A stretch of DNA of 64,000 bases. Origin: Nitrospirota bacterium. Its GTDB lineage: Bacteria; Nitrospirota; UBA9217. The stretch covers positions 96,001 to 160,000 of the forward strand of contig CAVWHO010000017.1 of NCBI GenBank assembly GCA_963754875.1, read 5' to 3'. The position numbers and the translations under genes were made by a program. Each line of letters begins with the position of its first letter. The first letter of the stretch is position 1. This document shows, one piece after another, positions 41,763 through 51,329 of this stretch. Under the pieces are notes generated by a model. The model was given only the letters and a program-made list of their open reading frames with translations, was not told where the DNA came from and ran no database searches.

Positions 41763-42173
41763 ATGCTTGAAAATAAATTAGATGTGCAGACAATGCAACA
41801 GGAAAAATGGATGTATTGGACTCCGAAGTCGTTCATTGTCAGTTGCGACGAGGATTTGAAGGAGATGCTCAAGTATGCCTTCGCCCCTTACGGTATACAG
41901 ACTTGTTTCTGCCAAGGCCGTGCAGAAGTCTTGACATTTTCGGAAATCGATCCATTCGATTGCATCATCATAGACTGCGATACACTGGGCATGGATGGTA
42001 TTAAGTTTATCAGACGACTTCGTGAGCAATTCTTATTCGCTATTATTATTGGCCTGGGCAAGGAAGACAAGGGAGCAGCATACCTTCGGGCAGGGGCGAA
42101 CGATTTTCTTCAAAAACCTTTTGTCCCCTACAGGCTCGCAATGATGCTGGACAGCCGAGATATCGATATCTGA
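41763..42173 (+). CDS. Atypical single-domain response regulator
   Basis: IIIDC..MDG..AGANDFLQKPF. Confidence 0.78.
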   Translation: MLENKLDVQTMQQEKWMYWTPKSFIVSCDEDLKEMLKYAFAPYGIQTCFCQGRAEVLTFSEIDPFDCIIIDCDTLGMDGIKFIRRLREQFLFAIIIGLGKEDKGAAYLRAGANDFLQKPFVPYRLAMMLDSRDIDI

Positions 42174-42328
42174 CGCTTCATGACTCGTGAACATTGTATC
42201 ACCAACGTGTGGGGATTGGTTTGAGAGAAAAAAAGACTCGAAGTTGGTGGAATAGGCCTGCCCGTCAATTGTAGAGGTAACATTTCTAAGAATGGATATT
42301 CTGAGAACTTTTAAAGGAGAAAGGAACA

Positions 42329-42664
42329 ATGGAAGCAATTACGGTAAAAGGAAAGACTCTGAGATTGGATGAGAATGGTTTCTTGGCTAATCCTAACGAA
42401 TGGAACATTGATGTGGCCAACTATTTCGCTGCGGTCGAAGGAATCGAGATGACCGAGCCTCGCTGGGAGGTAGTGGATTTCCTTCGCGAATATTACACGC
42501 AGTATAAGATCGCCCCTAAGATCAAGATCCTAGTTAATGAAATCGGAAATAAACCCTGCTCCGTAAAGGTCAATGCGAAGTACCTCTACAAGCTCTATCC
42601 GTGCGGCCCGGCCACGCAGGCATGTAAGATTGCCGGCTTTCCCAAATCAACCGGCTGCATATAA
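42329..42664 (+). CDS. TusE/DsrC/DsvC family sulfur-relay protein
   Basis: LDENGFL....WN.DVA; C-terminal GPA.QACKIAGFPK.TGCI with two Cys. Confidence 0.9.
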   Translation: MEAITVKGKTLRLDENGFLANPNEWNIDVANYFAAVEGIEMTEPRWEVVDFLREYYTQYKIAPKIKILVNEIGNKPCSVKVNAKYLYKLYPCGPATQACKIAGFPKSTGCI

Positions 42665-42959
42665 AAACGATGCTTGGTCTCATTTGTGAAGGCTCGCTGT
42701 AGAGATATAGAGTTTCGTATAATATTATGAAAAGCGATTAATTGACATTGAAGTATGCGTTACACCATTAATCTCGTAACAGCATTTTTTAAAATCCCAT
42801 GTCAATATCATTACTGTCATTGACTAAGGTTGCGCATTTGTGCTACAACAAGCATGCATTTTTGTATAACTTGCCTTACCTCACTTTTTTAGCTTGAAAT
42901 TCTGAATACGTACGAGAGAAATATTTGCATACATACTAGACTGTTATGGAGGGATAGTC

Positions 42960-43307
42960 GTGATTAAGGTTTTTTTAACAAATAGTGAACAGATAGAGTT
43001 TGAATTAGGTGATGAGAAAAAAGAAATTGATCTTGTTACTCGCTTTCACCATGGGCTTGATGGCAATACTGTATTAAATTTAAAAACAAACAATAAAGAA
43101 ACGCATTCTCGCATAAAGGTATCAGAAATAAAAAACATGCAGCACTTGAAAAATAAAAAAACCGGACCTGATTTAAATAGTCCGTTTCATGCTCCCCATG
43201 ATTCTAAATTCAAAACGCGTGATGAATATGAAAAATGGAAAAGGCAGAAGATTAGTGAGAGCAAACTTAATTCCACAAAAGACAGGACAACAAAAAGTCG
43301 CCCCTGA
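42960..43307 (+). CDS. Hypothetical protein (AT-rich)
   Basis: GGAGG RBS before GTG; 115-aa ORF. Confidence 0.55.
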   Translation: MIKVFLTNSEQIEFELGDEKKEIDLVTRFHHGLDGNTVLNLKTNNKETHSRIKVSEIKNMQHLKNKKTGPDLNSPFHAPHDSKFKTRDEYEKWKRQKISESKLNSTKDRTTKSRP

Positions 43308-43648
43308 TACGCTCAACACTCACCTGTTAAGGTATGCGGAGCGAAAGTTACAGCGCATGATTTTACAGGCATCATTCTGCATCTCTTCTTGTCAACCGGC
43401 GTCGCAAGATTGTAGGTGCTGATCGTATCGGTAGGATCATCGATGCTTGAAGATTCCTTGTTAAAGTTTTCAGTCCGGCGTTCTTGCTGTATTTGATGAG
43501 AGTGGCATTATTTTAAACTTATTGAGTTACAAAGTGAAATCACCAGCCGTCTACCCTGTAAAATGCCACTTACCCTCTATACGACTACCTTACAGTGAAC
43601 TCGGGAGGCATGTTGATTGCTCAGTAGAAAAAGGAAGAGGAGGCACCC

Positions 43649-44002
43649 ATGACCACGAACATTAAAGATAGAAGAAATGGCATAAGAATAAGATTGGAAA
43701 AAGAATTTCCCGTTGGGGTCAGGACTGGTGGACCCACCGGGGTGTCAAAACTGGCATACGCGATCGACCTCTCCCGCGGCGGTATGAAGATTGTGAGCCC
43801 GGTGCTTTATCTGTCTTTAGGAGAACAGGTTGAACTTCTGGTTGATAGAGACGAGAGGAAAATGGTGTTCCCCGGGCGTGTTTCGCGGAAAGAGGGCACT
43901 CATTATATTGAACGAATAAGCCAAAATGGAAATGGTTATTTTATCCGGGTCGAAGATATTGGGTTTGCTGGATTTATGTCTCACTATTATTTTATTAGCT
44001 AA
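43649..44002 (+). CDS. PilZ domain protein
   Basis: DRRNGIR (RxxxR) and DLSRGG (DxSxxG). Confidence 0.82.
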   Translation: MTTNIKDRRNGIRIRLEKEFPVGVRTGGPTGVSKLAYAIDLSRGGMKIVSPVLYLSLGEQVELLVDRDERKMVFPGRVSRKEGTHYIERISQNGNGYFIRVEDIGFAGFMSHYYFIS

Positions 44003-44099
44003 AGTCCATATCGATCAAAAAAAGAATATTCCGCGCGTTCGCATGTAAGATACAAAACGAAATTGTTATTTTTTCAGCTTCTATGCAAACCAATGTTTG

Positions 44100-44131
44100 T
44101 AGGTGTTATGTGGAGCTCCACATAACACCTA
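44100..44131. repeat. Perfect 32-bp palindrome
   Basis: TAGGTGTTATGTGGAGCTCCACATAACACCTA is its own reverse complement. Confidence 0.97.
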
Positions 44132-44515
44132 TTATGGTGCGCCCGGCAGGGCGCGCTCACTTGGAGGTGTAAGTCCTCTACGGACCCTGATGACGGGAAC
44201 CGTTAGCCGAACCGCAAGGGCTGCCGCCGCGAGGCGGGGTCTGAAGGAAGCGGAACGCAAATCCCCGGCCCGAAGTACATGAAGCGCATACGAGGCAGCC
44301 GCGTCTGGGCGAGAAGGCCATAATATTCAAAGCCCGATAGTCATTCGGAAGACGTGGAAGTAGATGCGACGGGTATATGGGGAGAAAGTGGGTGCGCAAT
44401 ACCCGGGGAGGTCTGCAAGCTTGCTATGGCTACCACCGTCAAGAGACGGCGGGATGAGCTTGCAGAAGTCAGCCGAGGGCATACTAGTCGCTGCGCACAG
44501 CGATGAAGGCCCGAA

Positions 44516-45394
44516 CATGGAAGGACGGAGGGGTGCCGAAACCTCGATGGACGAAGCAGACGCGCGAAGGAAGGCTGAGATGCCAGAGGACTCCCGGAAG
44601 GTAGCGGGCGGAACCCGTAAGAATACGGCGAGGGAGCGTCAAGCGTCCGCGGCGGCAGAGGAGAACGCCCAGCCGGAAGCGACGAATCTCTTAGAGGAGG
44701 TATTGCGCCGTGAGAACCTGATAGCAGCCTTACATCGCGTCCAGTCGAACAAAGGAGCGCCGGGAGTAGACGGCATGACCGTTCTTGAACTCACGCCCTA
44801 CCTTAAGACGAACTGGCCGCGCATCCGGGAAGAGTTGCTGAGCGGACAGTACGACCCTGCGGCCGTCCTTCGGGTAGAAATCCCGAAGCCGGACGGAAAG
44901 GGAATGCGACTGCTCGGAATCCCCACCGTGCTCGATCGGTTCATCGAACAAGCAATATTGCAGGTACTCACCCCTATCTTCGATCCACAATTTAGCGAAA
45001 GCAGCTATGGTTTCCGCCGTGGACGGGGCTGTCACGGCGCAGTAAAAGCAGCTCGCGCCCATGTGGAAGCAGGCTACCGCTTTGTGGTGGACATGGACTT
45101 GGAAAAGTTCTTTGACCGCGTCAACCACGACGTACTTATGGTGCGGGTGGCCAGACGGGTCAAAGACAAGAGACTCCTCCGACTCATAGGCCGCTATTTG
45201 AGGGCAGGCATCATGATCGGAGGGATCGTTCAAGCCCACGAAGAAGGGACGCCACAAGGTAGCCCACTCTCGCCGCTTTTGTCTAATATCATCTTGGATG
45301 ATCTGGACAAGGAACTAGAGCGAAGAGGCCACCACTTCTGCCGGTACGCCGATGACTGTAATATCTACGTCAAGTCGAAGGCAGCCGGAGAACA
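44516..45394 (+). pseudogene. ltrA: Group II intron reverse transcriptase/maturase, 5' part (start uncertain)
   Basis: NKGAPGVDG, IPKPDG, RLLGIPT, SYGFR, DLEKFFD, GTPQGSPLSPLL, RYADD. Confidence 0.92.
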
Positions 45395-45586
45395 TGTTAG
45401 CGCCGGTCATGCCTGGACCCACCCGCGGCCAGATTTCGGACCCACTCACCGATTTTTGATCTACTGAGCAAACACCGGTTACCAGACCCACCCTCTTATC
45501 TTTCTATCTCCTCCCTTTCTATTTCTCATCGACAAGCGCATCATGTCTGTCCATATGTTCCTCATTGATCTCAAAGCGGAGGAAGT

Positions 45587-46003
45587 ATGGAGAAGACGTG
45601 CGCGTGCTGCAGCAAGACATTCATCCCATTGCCTACGGTACGCAACCAGCTGTACTGTTCGGAGACACAGTGTCAGAAGGCCAGGAAGAAACGATGGCAG
45701 AAGCGGAAGCTGATGACCGACGAAGCCTATCGAGAAAATCAAAGCGATGCCCGGAAAGCATGGGTCAAGAAGAACAGCGACTACTGGAAACGGTATCGGG
45801 AAAAGAATCCAGCCTACACAGAGCGCAATCGTCTTCTCCAAAGGGAGCGCAACCGGAGGAAGAGAGGGGCTCCAGTGATTGCAAAGATGGACGAGTTAAC
45901 CCCGCGAAAAACAATAGTTCCCGGACGATACAGGCTGGTTCCTGTGATTGCAAATATGGACGAGCTGATTGTGGAAATAGGCGTCATATCAGGGGTTTCG
46001 TAG
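45587..46003 (+). CDS. IS passenger: basic protein with N-terminal Cys motif
   Basis: GGAGG RBS; CACC...YCSETQC; duplicated VIA.MDEL. Confidence 0.7.
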   Translation: MEKTCACCSKTFIPLPTVRNQLYCSETQCQKARKKRWQKRKLMTDEAYRENQSDARKAWVKKNSDYWKRYREKNPAYTERNRLLQRERNRRKRGAPVIAKMDELTPRKTIVPGRYRLVPVIANMDELIVEIGVISGVS

Positions 46004-46100
46004 AGCAGCCGGTAAGCTCCTGATTGCAAAGAGATGACTTGATGGCTTTTCGTCATGCTGCCTGTTATGCTGGCCGTGCTTTTTAAGAGGAAGATCTCGT

Positions 46101-46973
46101 ATGCATGAAGCATTTCCCATAGAAGACCTTGCGGTATCGGCGATCGGCCGGAAGTACGCGGAACTTCGCATCGTAAAACCCCGGGCGGACAGGGTCATGG
46201 AGAAATCGATACGACAGTACGGCCAGATGCTTCCGACGATATGCGTCAGGTCCGGATTGGGCTACGAGATGATCGACGGGTTCAAGAGACTCAGGGCCTG
46301 CCAGCGGCTGGGAAGAACAACGCTTTCAGCGCGGATCCGGGAGGAGATGCCGGAACGCGTGTGCAAGGCCGCCGTTGTCCAGTTGAACCAGACGAGCATG
46401 TCCATAAGCGATCTGGAGGAGGCCATGGTGATTCAGTCCCTATATCGTAAGGACGGGATGAATCAGCCAGAGATCGCAGTTTTGTTCGGACGGGACAAGA
46501 GCTGGGTAAGCCGTCGGCTGTCCCTGATTGAGAGGCTTTCGGAAGAGGTTCGGAAGAACATTATGCTGGGACTGGTTTCGGTTGTAACGGGGAGGGAGTT
46601 GGCGCGGTTGCCGCGCGGCAACCAGGATGAAGCCTTGGCCGCTGTCGTCAAGCACTGGCTCAGCACCAGAGACGTGGCGAAGCTGACAAGCCATCTGTTG
46701 TCCCGCCCGTCATGGGAGTATGCGGTGATTCTCAAGAACCCCTGGGAGGTGCTGGATCTTGAGTCGAAACCATCGTCGTTCGATTTAAAAACGAGACTCC
46801 TGTCCATGCGGAAAAGCTGCCGGGCGGTATCAGATATCGCATCTACCTGTGGACGGCAGGAAGCGGAAAGACAGTCGGTCCTGATAGAGGGCGCCATCGC
46901 CGAGGCTCTTACGGCAGTAGAAAACTTAAGAGGCCTTATCCGCGCAAATGAGCAGGGAGTCAAGCAGTGTTGA
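46101..46973 (+). CDS. IS passenger: ParB/Srx N-terminal domain plus HTH protein
   Basis: SIRQYGQ..P, YEMIDGFKRLRA (GxxR), LEEAMVI..L, Q.EIA..FGRDKSWVSRRL.L. Confidence 0.85.
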   Translation: MHEAFPIEDLAVSAIGRKYAELRIVKPRADRVMEKSIRQYGQMLPTICVRSGLGYEMIDGFKRLRACQRLGRTTLSARIREEMPERVCKAAVVQLNQTSMSISDLEEAMVIQSLYRKDGMNQPEIAVLFGRDKSWVSRRLSLIERLSEEVRKNIMLGLVSVVTGRELARLPRGNQDEALAAVVKHWLSTRDVAKLTSHLLSRPSWEYAVILKNPWEVLDLESKPSSFDLKTRLLSMRKSCRAVSDIASTCGRQEAERQSVLIEGAIAEALTAVENLRGLIRANEQGVKQC

Positions 46974-48574
46974 TTAGGAGCCGCAAAGAACTGGAACATA
47001 AAGTGATCATCATGCATGCCGAAGGCTCGAGTATCCGCGAGCTCTCCCGGCGTTTCCATTTGGGTCGTAACACCATCCGAAGAATCCTCCGGGACCATAC
47101 GAGCCGTCGTGATCAAGGGCATGATATCCTGACAAAGCCCCCTGTTCGGACGAGCAAGCTGGATGTCTATGCTCCACTGATTAAAGAAACGCTTGAGAAA
47201 TACCCGACCATCACGGGCCTGCGGGTCTATGAAAAACTTAAGGACGCCGGCTATGCTGGCGGCATCACCATCGTGCGGGAACAGCTCAGGAAGCTGGGAG
47301 CAGTGAAAAGGGATCCGGTAATCCGGTTCGAAACGGGTCCAGCGCAGCAATCGCAAATGGATTGGAGCCCCTACACGATCCACTTCACGCGCACGGGCAA
47401 GATGACGGTCTTGTGCTTCTCCTATATCCTGGGCTACTCCCGGAGACAGTATATCGACTTCACCCTTCGTCGTGACTTCCACACTCTTATCCGTCGGCAT
47501 CAAGATGCCTTTCAGTACTATGGCGGGGTTGCAAGGGAGTGTCTTTACGATAACGAGAAGACCGTTGTGCTTCGGTGGGAAGCAGGACGACCGATCTTTA
47601 ACCCGGCGTTCGCGGATTTTATAACGTTCTATCGCTGCAAACCAATAGCCTGTCGACCGAGGACGCCCCAAACAAAAGGAAAAATAGAATCCCCTTTTAA
47701 ATATGTGGAATCCAACTTGCTGGGTGGAAGAGATTTCCAGGATATCGAAGACCTTCGTGCTACCGCCAGATGGTGGCTCAAGGAGAAGTCCGATCTGCAT
47801 ATCCATGACACCACCCGACGAGCGCCGATCGAGCTGTTTCAGGAAGAGAAGCAGAAGCTTCAGCCCCTCCCTCTTCATCCTTACGATACCTCCGAGGTTG
47901 CACTACGGGTCTGTGAAGGAGACGGCTTCATAGAGTTTGAAGTGAACTGGTACTCCGTGCCGCCCAAAAACATAGCCGACATCGTAACGCCTAAAGCGAC
48001 GGAACGGGAAGTGTTGATTTACAGTCCGGAGCTGGAGCTGATTGCCCGGCACGAAAGGCAGCCCGCGGGGAGCCGCAAGCGGATGGAGAACCCGGAGCAT
48101 TTTGTGACAAAGAAAATCCGCTATGGTCTGGAGCCTGTACGAGAGGCGTTTATCGCGCTGGGAGACGGCGCTGAAAGCTTCCTCGCAGGGCTTACAAACA
48201 AACAGCCACGGAACTGCGGGTTCCATGCCCGGTTCATCCTGCGGCTTAGAGAAGAGTATCAAAGCGAGGACATTAATAACGCCCTAAAGCACGCGGAGCG
48301 GTACCAGGCATACGAGGGTGGAGCCGTGGAGCGGATTTTAAAAGCCATGGCCACCCCCCGTACCCTGGAGTCTATCCGCAATGAGCATGCGCGTCAGGAA
48401 CTAGGGAAGACCCTGCCCAGAATCACCCAGCGGTCGTTGGATGAATACCAATCCTTGATGGGAGAAGAAAAAAACCACCATGAACAAAAAAACGACGGTG
48501 CCGGACGAGACGGTGACGAACATCAAGAAACATCTTGCGACTCTGAAGCTGACGGGAATACAGAAGGTACTTGA
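46967..48574 (+). CDS. istA: IS21 transposase
   Basis: N-terminal HTH; RFETGP..Q.QMDW, YDNEKT, KGKIE DDE motifs. Confidence 0.93.
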   Translation: MLIRSRKELEHKVIIMHAEGSSIRELSRRFHLGRNTIRRILRDHTSRRDQGHDILTKPPVRTSKLDVYAPLIKETLEKYPTITGLRVYEKLKDAGYAGGITIVREQLRKLGAVKRDPVIRFETGPAQQSQMDWSPYTIHFTRTGKMTVLCFSYILGYSRRQYIDFTLRRDFHTLIRRHQDAFQYYGGVARECLYDNEKTVVLRWEAGRPIFNPAFADFITFYRCKPIACRPRTPQTKGKIESPFKYVESNLLGGRDFQDIEDLRATARWWLKEKSDLHIHDTTRRAPIELFQEEKQKLQPLPLHPYDTSEVALRVCEGDGFIEFEVNWYSVPPKNIADIVTPKATEREVLIYSPELELIARHERQPAGSRKRMENPEHFVTKKIRYGLEPVREAFIALGDGAESFLAGLTNKQPRNCGFHARFILRLREEYQSEDINNALKHAERYQAYEGGAVERILKAMATPRTLESIRNEHARQELGKTLPRITQRSLDEYQSLMGEEKNHHEQKNDGAGRDGDEHQETSCDSEADGNTEGT

Positions 48575-49286
48575 CGATGAACTGACCAAGGCAACGGCGA
48601 AGCATCTGCCTCCCACCGAACTCCTGGAGCGGGTGCTCTCGGTAGAAGCCCATGCCCGTGTCGAACGAAGGATCGAACGGAGGATCAGGGAAGCAAAGCT
48701 CTCGGAACGAAAGCTTCTTGCCGACTTCGACTTCGTCTTCCAGACCGGCGTGGACAAGGCGCAGATCATGGAGCTGGCCAAGCTGGACTTCGTGGGCCGC
48801 AGGCAGGGGCTGGTTATGGCGGGCAACTCGGGAACTGGCAAGAGCCATCTTGCCAAGGCGCTTCTTCTCATCGGTTGCACCAAGCTCTATCGCTGCCGCT
48901 ACACCACCGCGGCCGACATGCTGGTCGACCTTATGTCCGGCCTCGCCGACAACAGCCTTCCGAAGCGGCTCAAAGAGTATACCGTTCCTGATATCCTTTT
49001 TATCGATGAACTGGGGTTCGATCGTCTTGAGCAGTATGATGCCAGGAACGCATCCCTCTTCTTCAAGGTCATCGACGGCCGGTACTGCAAGGGATCCACG
49101 CTCATCACTACGAATATCGATTTTAAAGAACTCGGAGATTACCTGGGCGACCCCGTGGTCACAACTGCTATCGTGGACCGCATGGTGCACCACTCCGTCA
49201 TCATCAATATCAAGGGGCCGAGCTACCGTATGCACGAATCAAAGAAGCTCAACTCAAAAGTAAAGAAACCCTCCGAATCAAAGTAA
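48480..49286 (+). CDS. istB: IS21 helper AAA+ ATPase
   Basis: GNSGTGKSHLA, LFIDELG, ITTN, AIVDRMVHH, G.SYR. Confidence 0.95.
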   Translation: MNKKTTVPDETVTNIKKHLATLKLTGIQKVLDDELTKATAKHLPPTELLERVLSVEAHARVERRIERRIREAKLSERKLLADFDFVFQTGVDKAQIMELAKLDFVGRRQGLVMAGNSGTGKSHLAKALLLIGCTKLYRCRYTTAADMLVDLMSGLADNSLPKRLKEYTVPDILFIDELGFDRLEQYDARNASLFFKVIDGRYCKGSTLITTNIDFKELGDYLGDPVVTTAIVDRMVHHSVIINIKGPSYRMHESKKLNSKVKKPSESK

Positions 49287-49542
49287 AACCCTCAAACGCA
49301 ATCCGTCCGTTCTTCCTCTACATGCACCAACACACAACCCTCTGCGCTCAATCTTTACGCTCTAATGCTCATAAAAAAATCCAACTTCACAAGAAATATC
49401 TCTGACAAAAGGTAGAATCGAAATCTAGACGGGTCTTCAAACCGGCGCGGATCCTATCGGTTAATCAAAATCACGCAACTTCAAGTGGGTCCAGCAAAAC
49501 CGCTGAGGTGGGTCCGTTTCAAGCCGGTGGTAGCAGAGAACA

Positions 49543-50098
49543 GGTGATGCAGTCAATCACCCGGTTTCTTGCAAAGAAGCTACGCTTGACGGTTAACAAA
49601 GAAAAGAGCGCGGTAGACCGTCCTTGGAACCGCAAGTTCCTCGGTTACACCATGACATTGCATCGTAGCCCGAAACTCAAGGTGTCGCCGAAAAGCATCA
49701 AGAGAGCCAAGGCGCGTGTTAAGGAGATCACCCGAAAGGGACGGGGACGCTCACTGCCGAAGGTGATTGCCGAACTTACGAAGTACCTTCGGGGATGGGT
49801 AAATTACTTCCGGCTGTCCCAAGTGAAGATCGCTTTCGAGGAACTGGATCAATGGATACGGCGGAAACTGCGCTGTGTCCTCTGGCGACAATGGAAGAAG
49901 CCGCGAACCAGAGCCAAGAAACTTATCCAGCTAGGGATAGAAAAGGTAAGAGCTTTTGCCTCAGCCTACAATGGCCGGGGTCCATGGTGGAACGCCGGCG
50001 CGTCACATATGAACGCTGCGGTAACCGCCAAAGGGCTACAACAACAGGGACTCATGAGTCTTCTCACAGAGCATCGACGCTTTACAGACCTTGCGTGA
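49543..50098 (+). pseudogene. ltrA: Group II intron RT, 3' part (thumb/maturase X; no endonuclease domain)
   Basis: LRLTVNKEKS, FLGY, LRGWVNYF, LDQWIRRKLR; removing the IS restores ...AAGEQVMQS... Confidence 0.92.
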
Positions 50099-50720
50099 AC
50101 CGCCGTATGCCGAACGGCACGTACGTGTGGTGTGAGAGGCTGGGGCCGGAAGGCCCCCGCCTACTCGATTGAAGTTCCCCGTTATGTGAATCGTTTGCAT
50201 TAAATCCTTTATTAGTGCCTATTCTGCGAGAATTTACTCCACATAATAATGCCGCTGTCTTCGATATCCTCTTCATTGGAACCAATCAAATGAGGAGGTG
50301 CATATGGTCACGTCACAAGAGGAATGGAATTTGAATTGCACTGAATACTGTGCGATTTAAGCAGTCCCGTGAGTGTCTTTCTTCTTTTGAACCCGCTTAC
50401 ACGGTGACAATCTAAAATACCTGATCAAACAAAGAAACAACATTGTATACTGCTTTGATTCGTCGTAAGAGCCTCCGTTATGTGAAGTAAATTGTTAGAA
50501 AACCGCTGAATTTCCTTTGCTCACGACATTTGCTTCACATAACGGGGAACTTCACATAATAGGTGAACTTGAGAAAATCCAGTGTGCTAAAAAATATCAA
50601 AAAAGGCAAAATAGACGTAATTGATACAATCAATACATGATGGATAACACCTCGATTATCAAAGCAAAACGGGAAACCAGGCTTTAATCAAGGGTCTCTA
50701 AAAAATGGCTTGTTGTCGCG

Positions 50721-50830
50721 CATAACCCGAAGGTCGTCTGTTCAAATCCGGCCCCCGTGCCAATCAATACAAAGGGTTACAGCACATGCTGTAACCCTTT
50801 GCTATCCCAGTGGGCCGGTAATGGGCCGGT
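50721..50830 (+). repeat. att-like junction: tRNA-fMet 3' part plus variant terminator plus TGGGCCGGT repeat
   Basis: CATAACCCGAAGGTCGTCTGTTCAAATCCGGCCCCCG; AAAGGGTTACAGC-ACAT-GCTGTAACCCTTT. Confidence 0.85.
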
Positions 50831-50871
50831 CTCCTCAATGCTGTCCCCGCTACCTAAAATGGGAGATCGTC

Positions 50872-51168
50872 ATGAACCAAAAAGACAAGCCGATTGTCTC
50901 GATGACGAAGGAAGAACGAGAAGAATTTTGGGATGATGTTTATGTAAAAGAAGAGGGCATCAGCACTGAATTTAATTTGGACACTCATACAGGCAAAGTT
51001 CGTTCACTCCTGGACAATGCTAAGTATAAAATAGATGGTCGGGAACTCGTACGAACGAAAATTGAACTCCATGCCGGTGACAAAATTCTGTTTGCTCCGA
51101 TAGCAGATCCCGACGGAGATGATTACGCCAGGATCATCGGCTTGAAGGGCACTTCGTGCGGCTGTTGA
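50872..51168 (+). CDS. Hypothetical acidic protein, possible OB-like fold
   Basis: GGGAG RBS; EEGISTEFN...GKV...L..GDKI.F. Confidence 0.6.
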   Translation: MNQKDKPIVSMTKEEREEFWDDVYVKEEGISTEFNLDTHTGKVRSLLDNAKYKIDGRELVRTKIELHAGDKILFAPIADPDGDDYARIIGLKGTSCGC

Positions 51169-51329
51169 ACTGCGGCATATTATTTCCGGGAATCGAGGCG
51201 GGCCCTATTTCCGTTTGCAATTCTGGCCAAGCTTTGATAAAGTAATTGTGTGTTCAGGTGTCTGTTGGCTTAGGAAGTGTCTCATGCCAAAAACCATCGA
51301 GGCTATTTACTTGTAAGGAGGGGAGAGTC

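Larger units (their letters stand above)
45395..49535 (+). mobile_element. IS21-family element, 4141 bp, four ORFs
   Basis: Ends TGTTAGCGCCGG / rc TGCTACCACCGG; subterminal GGACCCAC repeats; 7-bp TSD GAGAACA at 45388-45394 and 49536-49542. Confidence 0.93.
44137..50169 (+). mobile_element. Class C (IIC) group II intron, interrupted by an IS21-family element
   Basis: 5' GTGCGCCCGGC; domain V/VI ACCGCCGTATGCCGAACGGCACGTAC...TGTGAGAGG...CCTACTCGAT; inserted 5 nt after a stem-loop. Confidence 0.92.
44126..50565. mobile_element. Non-autonomous ~0.4 kb element with 32-bp perfect IRs (RIT-like termini), left IR split by the intron
   Basis: 44126-44136 joined to 50170-50190 gives CACCTATTATGTGAAGTTCCCCGTTATGTGAA, the exact reverse complement of 50534-50565. 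Confidence 0.75.

Noticed and set aside
44115..44136. CATAA-N6-TTATG as the chromosomal dif site
   Set aside because: Right arm is TTATGTGAAGT rather than XerD-type TTATGTTAAAT; the cores are multiply repeated as element ends and interrupted by an intron
44364..50098. RT as a retron, DGR or CRISPR-associated RT
   Set aside because: Flanked by group II intron 5' end and domain V/VI with a maturase domain; no template/variable repeat pair or msr-msd seen
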